This document shows, one piece after another, positions 57,306 through 64,000 of a stretch of DNA of 64,000 nt. The translations under genes were made by a program, and so were the position numbers. The stretch lies in NCBI RefSeq assembly GCF_009914755.1, contig NC_060933.1; one strand, 5' to 3'. Source of the DNA: the human T2T-CHM13v2.0 reference genome, Homo sapiens. The notes beneath the pieces are model-generated. The model saw only the letters and a list, made by a program, of their open reading frames with translations. It searched no databases and had not been told where the DNA came from. Position 1 is the first letter of the stretch. Each line of letters begins with the position of its first letter.

Positions 57306-60300
57306 TCCATTCCATTCCATTCCATTCTATTCGGGTTAATTCCATTCCATTCCACTCGATTGCAATCGAGTTGATTCCATTCCATTCCATTCCATTCCAT
57401 TCCATTCCATTTCATTCCGGAAGATTCCATTCCATTGCATTCCATTCCTTTCCATTCCCCTGCACTCACGTTGTTTCCATTCCATTCCATTCCATTCCGT
57501 TCCGTTCCGTTCCATTCCATTCCATTCCCTTCCATTCCGTTCCGTTCCGTTCCATTCCATTCCATTCCATTCTATTCGGGTTAATTCCATTCCATTCCAT
57601 TCGATTGCAATCGTGTTGATTCCATTCCATTCCATTCCATTCCATTCCATTCCATTCCTTTCCATTCCATTACGGATGATTCCATTCCATTGCATTCCAT
57701 TCCATTCCATTCCCCTGTACTCGGGTTGATTCTATTCCATTGCATTCCAATCCATGGCCTTCCAATTGTGTTGATTCCATTCTTTCCATTCCATTCAAGT
57801 TGAATCCATTCCATTGCATTCCATTCCATTCGATTCCATTCGATTGCACTCGGGTTGATTCCATTCCATTGCATTCCATTCCATTCCATTCCATTCCGTT
57901 CCATTCCATTCCATTACATTCGGATTGATTCTATTCAATTCCCTTACTCTCCATTACATTCCATTCCATTCGGGTAGTTTCCATTCCATTCTATTCCATT
58001 CCTCTCCATTCCATTGCACTCGGGTTGATTCCATTCCATTGCATTCCATTCCATTCCATTCCATTCCATTCCGTTCCATTCCATTCCATTACATTCGGAT
58101 TGATTCTATTCAACTCCCTTACTCTCTATTACATTCCATTCCATTCGGGCTGTTCCATTCCATTCCATTCCATTCCACTCCAATCCATTGCATTCGGGTT
58201 TATTCCATTCCATTCCATTCCATTCCATTCCATTCCATTCCATTCCATTCCATTCCGGAAGATTCCATTCCATTGCATTCCATTCCATTCCATTCCCCTG
58301 CACTCGCGTTGATTCCATTCGATTCCATTCCATTCCATTCCATTCCATTCCATTCCTTTCCGTTCCATTCCATTCCATTCCATTCCATTCCGTTCCGTTC
58401 CGTTCCACTCCATTCCATTCCATTCTATTCGGGTTAATTCCATTCCATTCCATTCGATTGCAATCGAGTTGATTCCATTCCATTCCATTCCATTCCATTC
58501 CATTCCTTTCCATTCCATTACGGATGATTCCATTCCATTGCATTCCATTCCATTCCATTCCCCTGTACTCGGGTTCATTCCATTCCATTCCATTCCAATC
58601 CATGCCATTCCACTCGTGTTGATTCCATTCTTTCCATTCCATTCAAGTTGAATCCATTCCATTGCATTCCATTCCATACCATTCCCCTGCAGTCGGGTTG
58701 ATTCCATTCCATTCCATTCCATTCCATTCCATTCCATTCCATTCCGTTCCGTTCCGTTCCGTTCCATTCCATTCCATTCCATTCTATTCGGGTTAATTCC
58801 ATTCCATTCCATTGCATTCCATTCCATTCCAATCGAGTTGATTCCATTCCATTCCATTCCATTCCATTCCATTCCATTCCACTCCATTCCAGTCCTTTCC
58901 ATTGCATTCCACTAGGGTTGATTCCAATGTATTCCTTTCCATTCCATTCCATTCCATTGCAATCGAGTTGATTCCATTGCTTTGCATTCCATTCCATTCC
59001 ATTCCATTTCAATCGAGTTGATTCCATTGCTTTGCATTCCATTCCATTCCATTCCATTCCGGATGATTCCATTCCATTGCATTCCATTCCATTCCATTCC
59101 CCTGCACTCGGGTTGATTCCATTCCATTAAACTCCATTACGTTCCATTCCATTCCATTCCGTTGTATTCGGGTTAATTCCATTCCATTCCACTCCATTCC
59201 ATTCCATTCCATTCCAATCGAGTTGATTCCATTCCATTCCATTCCATTCCATTCCATTCCATTCCAGTCCTTTCCATTCCATTCCACTCGGGTTGATTCC
59301 ATTCTATTAGTTTCCATTCCATTCCATTCCCTTCCATTCCACTCTGGTTGATTCCATTCCTTTCCATTCCACTCGAATACATTCCCTCCTATTCCACTCG
59401 GAACGATTCCATTCCATTCCATTCCATTCCATTCCATTCCATTCCATTCCATTTCGTTCCATTCCATTCTATTCCGTATCATTCCATTCCATTCCATTCC
59501 ATTCCATTCCATTCCATTCCATTCCACTCGTGTTGATTCCATTCCTTTCCATTCCATTCGGTTTGAAGACATTCCATTCCATTCCATTCCATTCCATTCC
59601 ATTGTACACGGGTTGATTGCATTCCATTGCATTCCATTCCATTCAATTCCGTTGCATTCCATTCCATTACATTCGGATTGATTCTGTTCAACTCCCTTAC
59701 TCTCCATTACATTCCATTCCATTCGGGTTGTTCCATTCCATTCCATTCCATTCCACTCCATTCCATTGCACTCGGGTTGATTCCATTCTATTCCATTCCA
59801 TTCCATTCCATTCCATTCCATTCCGGATGATTCCATTCCATTGCATTCCGTTCCATTACATTCCCCTGCACTCGCGTTGATTCCATTCCATTCCATTCAA
59901 TTCCATTCCATTACAATTCGTTACATTCCATTCTATTCCGTACCATTCCATTCCATTCCATACCATTCCATTCCATTCCATTCCATTCCATTCCGTTCCA
60001 TTCCGTTCCATTGCATTCCATTCCATTGTATTCGGGTTAATTCCATTCCATTCCATTCCATTCCATTCTATTCCATTCCATTGCAATCGAGTTGAGTCCA
60101 TTGCATTCCATTCCATTCCATTCCATTCCATTCCATTCCATTCCGGAAGATTCCATTCCATTGCATTCCATTCCATTCCATTCCCCTGCACTCGCGTTGA
60201 TTCCATTCCATTCCATTCCGTTCCGTTCCATTCCATTCCATTCCATTCCATTCCATTCCGTTCCTTTCCATTCCATTCCATTCCATTCTATTCGGGTTAA

Positions 60301-63300
60301 TTCTATTCCATTCCATTCGATTGCAATCGAGTTGATTCCATTCCATTCCATTCCATTCCATTCGATTCCATTCGATTGCACTCGGGTTGATTCCTTTCCA
60401 TTGCATTCCATTCCATTCCATTCCATTCCATTCCATTCCATTCCGTTCCATTCCTTTCCATTATATTCGGATTGATTCTATTCAATTCCCTTACACTCCA
60501 TTACATTCCATTCCATTCGGGTAGTTTCCATTCCATTCCATTCCATTCCTCTCCATTCCATTGCACTCGGGTTGATTCCATTCCATTGCATTCCATTCCA
60601 TTCCATTCAATTACATTCCGTTCCATTCCATTCCATTACATTCGGATTGATTCTATTCAACTCCCTTACTCTCCATTACATTCCATTCCATTCGGGTTGT
60701 TCCATTCCATTCCATTCTATTCCACTCCATTCCATTGCACTCGGGTTTATTCCATTCCATTCCATTCCATTCCATTCCATTCCATTCCATTCCGGAACAT
60801 TCCATTCCATTGTATTCCATTCCATTCCATTCCCCTGCACTCGCGTTCATTCCATTCCATTCCATTCCATTCCATTCCATTCCATTCCTTTCCGTTCCAT
60901 TCCATTCCATTCCATTCCATTCCATTCCGTTCCGTTCCGTTCCGTTCCGTTCCGTTGCATTCCATTCCATTCCATTCTATTCGGGTTAATTCCATTCCAT
61001 TCCATTCGATTGCAATCGAGTTGATTCCATTCCATTCCATTCCATTCCATTCCATTCCATTCCATTCCATTCCTTTCCATTCCATTACGGATGATTCCAT
61101 TCCATTGCATTCCATTCCATTCCATTCCCCTGTACTCGGGTTGATTCCATTCCATTCCATTCCAATCCATGCCATTCCACTCGTGTTGATTCCATTCTTT
61201 CCATTCCATTCAAGTTGAATCCATTCCATTGCATTCCATTCCATTCCATTCCCCTGCAGTCGGGTTGATTCCATTCCATTCCATTCCATTCCATTCCATT
61301 CCATTCCATTCCGTTCCTTTCCGTTCCATTCCATTCCATTCCACTCTATTCGGGTTATTTCCATTCCATTCCATTCCATTCCATTCCATTCCAATCGAGT
61401 TGATTCCATTCCATTCCATTCCACTCCATTCCAGTCCTTTCCATTCCATTCCACTCGGGTTGATTCCAATGTATTCCTTTCCATTCCATTCCATTCCATT
61501 GCAATCGAGTTGATTCCATTGCTTTGCATTCCATTCCATTCCATTCCATTCCGGATGATTCCATTCCATTGCATTCCATTCCATTCCATTCCCCTGCACT
61601 CGGGTTGATTCCATTCCATTCCACTCCATTCCGTTCCATTCCATTCAACTCCATTGTATTCAGGTTAATTCCATTCCATTCCATTCCATTCCATTCCATT
61701 CCATTCCATTCCATTACAATCGAGTTGATTCCATTCCATTCCATTCCATTCCATTCCATTCCAGTCCTTTTCATTCCATTCCACTCGGGTTGATTCCATT
61801 CTATTAGTTTCCATTCCATTCCATTCCCTTCCATTCCACTCTGGTTGATTCCATTCCTTTCCATTCCACTCGAATACATTCCTTCCTATTCCACTCGGAA
61901 CGATTCCATTCCATTCCATTCCATTCCATTCCATTCCATTCCATTTCGTTCCATTCCATTCTATTCCGTATCATTCCATTCCATTCCATTCCATTCCATT
62001 CCATTCCATTCCATTCCACTCATTTTGATTCCACTCCTTTCCATTCCATTCGGTTTGAAGGCATTCCATTCCATTCCATTCCATTCCATTCCATTCCATT
62101 CCATTCCATTCCATTGTACTCGTGTTGATTCCATTCCATTGCATTCCATTCCATTCCATTCCATTCCATTCCGTTGCATTCCATTCCATTACATTCAGAT
62201 TGATTCTATTCAACTCCCTTACGCTCCATTACATTCCATTCCATTCGGGTTGTTCCATTCCATTCCATTCCATTCCACTCCATTCCATTGCACTCGGGTT
62301 GTTTCCATTCCATTCCATTCCATTCCATTCCATTCCATTCCGGATGATTCCATTCCATTGCATTCCGTTCCATTACATTCCCCTGCACTCGCGTTGATTC
62401 CATTCCATTCCATTCAATTCCATTCCATTACAATTCGTTCCATTCCATTCTATTCCGTATCATTTCATTCCATTCCATACCATTCCATTCCATTCCATTC
62501 CATTCCATTCCATTCCGTTCCATTCCGTTCCATTGCATTCCATTCCATTCTATTCGGGTTAATTCCATTCCATTCCATTCTATTCCATTCCATTGCAATC
62601 GAGTTGAATCCATTGCATTTCATTCCATTCCATTCCATTCCATTCCATTCCATTCCGGAGGATTCCATTCCATTGCATTCCATTCCATTCCATTCCCCTG
62701 CACTCGCGTTGAATCCATTCCATTCCATTCCATTCCATTCCATTCCGTTCCGTTCCATTCCATTCTATTCGGGTTAATTCCATTCCATTCCATTCGATTG
62801 CAATAGAGTTGATTCCATTCCATTCCATTCCATTCCATTCCATTCCATTCCATTCCATTCCATTCCTTTCCATTCCATTACGGATGATTCCATTCCATTG
62901 CATTCCATTCCATTCCATTCCCCTGTACTCGGGTTGATTCCATTCCATTCCATTCCAATCCATGCCATTCCACTCGTGTTGATTCCATTCTTTCCATTCC
63001 ATTCAAGTTGAATCCATTCCATTGCATTCAATTCCATTCGATTCCATTCGATTGCACTCGGGTTGATTCCATTCCATTCCATTCCATTCCATTCCATTCC
63101 ATTCCGTTCCATTCCATTCCATTACATTCGGATTGATTCTATTCAATTCCCTTACACTCCATTACATTCCATTCCATTCGGGTAGTTTCCACTCCATTCC
63201 ATTCCATTCCTCTCCATTCCATTGCACTCGGGTTGATTCCATTCCATTGCATTCCATTCCATTCCATTCAATTCCATTCCGTTCCATTCCATTCCATTAC

Positions 63301-64000
63301 ATTCGGATTGATTCTATTCAACTCCCTTACTCTCCATTACATTCGATTCCATTCGGGTTGTTCCATTCCATTCCATTCCATTCTACTCCATTCCATTGCA
63401 CTCGGGTTGATTCCTTTCCATTCCATTCCATTCCGGAAGATTCCATTCCATTACATTCCATTACATTCCATTCCCCTGCACTCGCGTTGATTCCATTCCA
63501 TTCCATTCCATTCCATTCCATTCCATTCCTTTCCGTTCCATTCCATTCCATTCCATTCCATTCCATTCCATTCCATTCCGTTCCGTTCTGTTCCATTCCA
63601 TTCCATTCCATTCTATTCGGGTTAATTGCATTCCATTCCATTCGATTGCAATCGAGTTGATTCCAATCCATTCCATTCCATACCATTCCATTCCATTCCA
63701 TTCCATTCCATTCCATTCCATTCCGTTCCATTCCGTTCCATTCCATTCCATTCCATTCTATTCGGGTTAATTCCATTCCATTCCATTGCATTCCATTCTA
63801 TTCCATTCCATTGCAATCGAGTTGAATCCATTGCATTTCATTCCATTCCATTCCATTCCATTCCGGAAGATTCCATTCCATTGCATTCCATTCCATTCCA
63901 TTCCCTTGCACTCGCGTTGATTCCATTCCGTTCCATTCCATTCCATTCCATTCCATTCCGTCCCTTTCCGTTCCATTCCATTCCATTCTATTCGGGTTAA

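Larger units (their letters stand above)
47208..64000 (-). repeat. Human Satellite III (HSat3) array in inverted orientation, (ATTCC)n on +
   Basis: The same modules appear as reverse complements (ACTCGGGTTG, GCAATCGAGTTG, CTATTCGGGTTAA, CAACTCCCTTACTCTC, CTCGAATACATTCCCTCCTATTCCACTCGGAACG). The array runs to the window end. Confidence 0.98.

Noticed and set aside
10-64000. Hundreds of ORFs up to 377 aa (MEWNG or IPFHS repeats)
   Set aside because: (GGAAT)3 encodes MEWNG and its complement IPFHS with no stop in any frame, and ATG occurs at every repeat. ORFs overlap in all frames and show no domain or coding constraint.
1-64000. CRISPR-like pattern of conserved words separated by spacers
   Set aside because: The spacers are plain GGAAT runs, not unique sequences. 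Spacing is irregular, and there are no cas genes or leader.

Overview
The whole 64 kb window is human (or great-ape) classical Satellite III (HSat3) pericentromeric DNA. It is a (GGAAT)n pentamer array punctuated by a small recurring set of diverged modules (CAACCCGAGT, CAACTCGATTGC, TTAACCCGAATAG, CATCCGG/CTTCCGG, GAGAGTAAGGGAGTTG, GAGTGTAAGGGAATTG, CGTTCCGAGTGGAATAGGAGGGAATGTATTCGAG). I see no genes, transposons or unique sequence. Every listed ORF (MEWNG/IPFHS repeats) is an artefact of a pentamer with no stop codon in any frame. The main structural feature is one strand-inversion breakpoint at 47208-47212. The G-rich strand is + on the left and - on the right, so the two domains converge. 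The junction has a 5-bp CGAGT microhomology, a 12-bp-arm palindrome, a 30-bp direct repeat about 1 kb upstream, a divergent satellite block, and a 100-bp deletion plus clustered substitutions beside it. The array also carries about 34 perfect heat-shock elements (GGAATCTTCCGGAAT type) at a fixed place in the module order, and nested recent duplications of 30 bp to about 1.55 kb. Motif content fits the chr9q12-type SatIII array, but that rests on recall and needs alignment. All counts and coordinates were read by eye.
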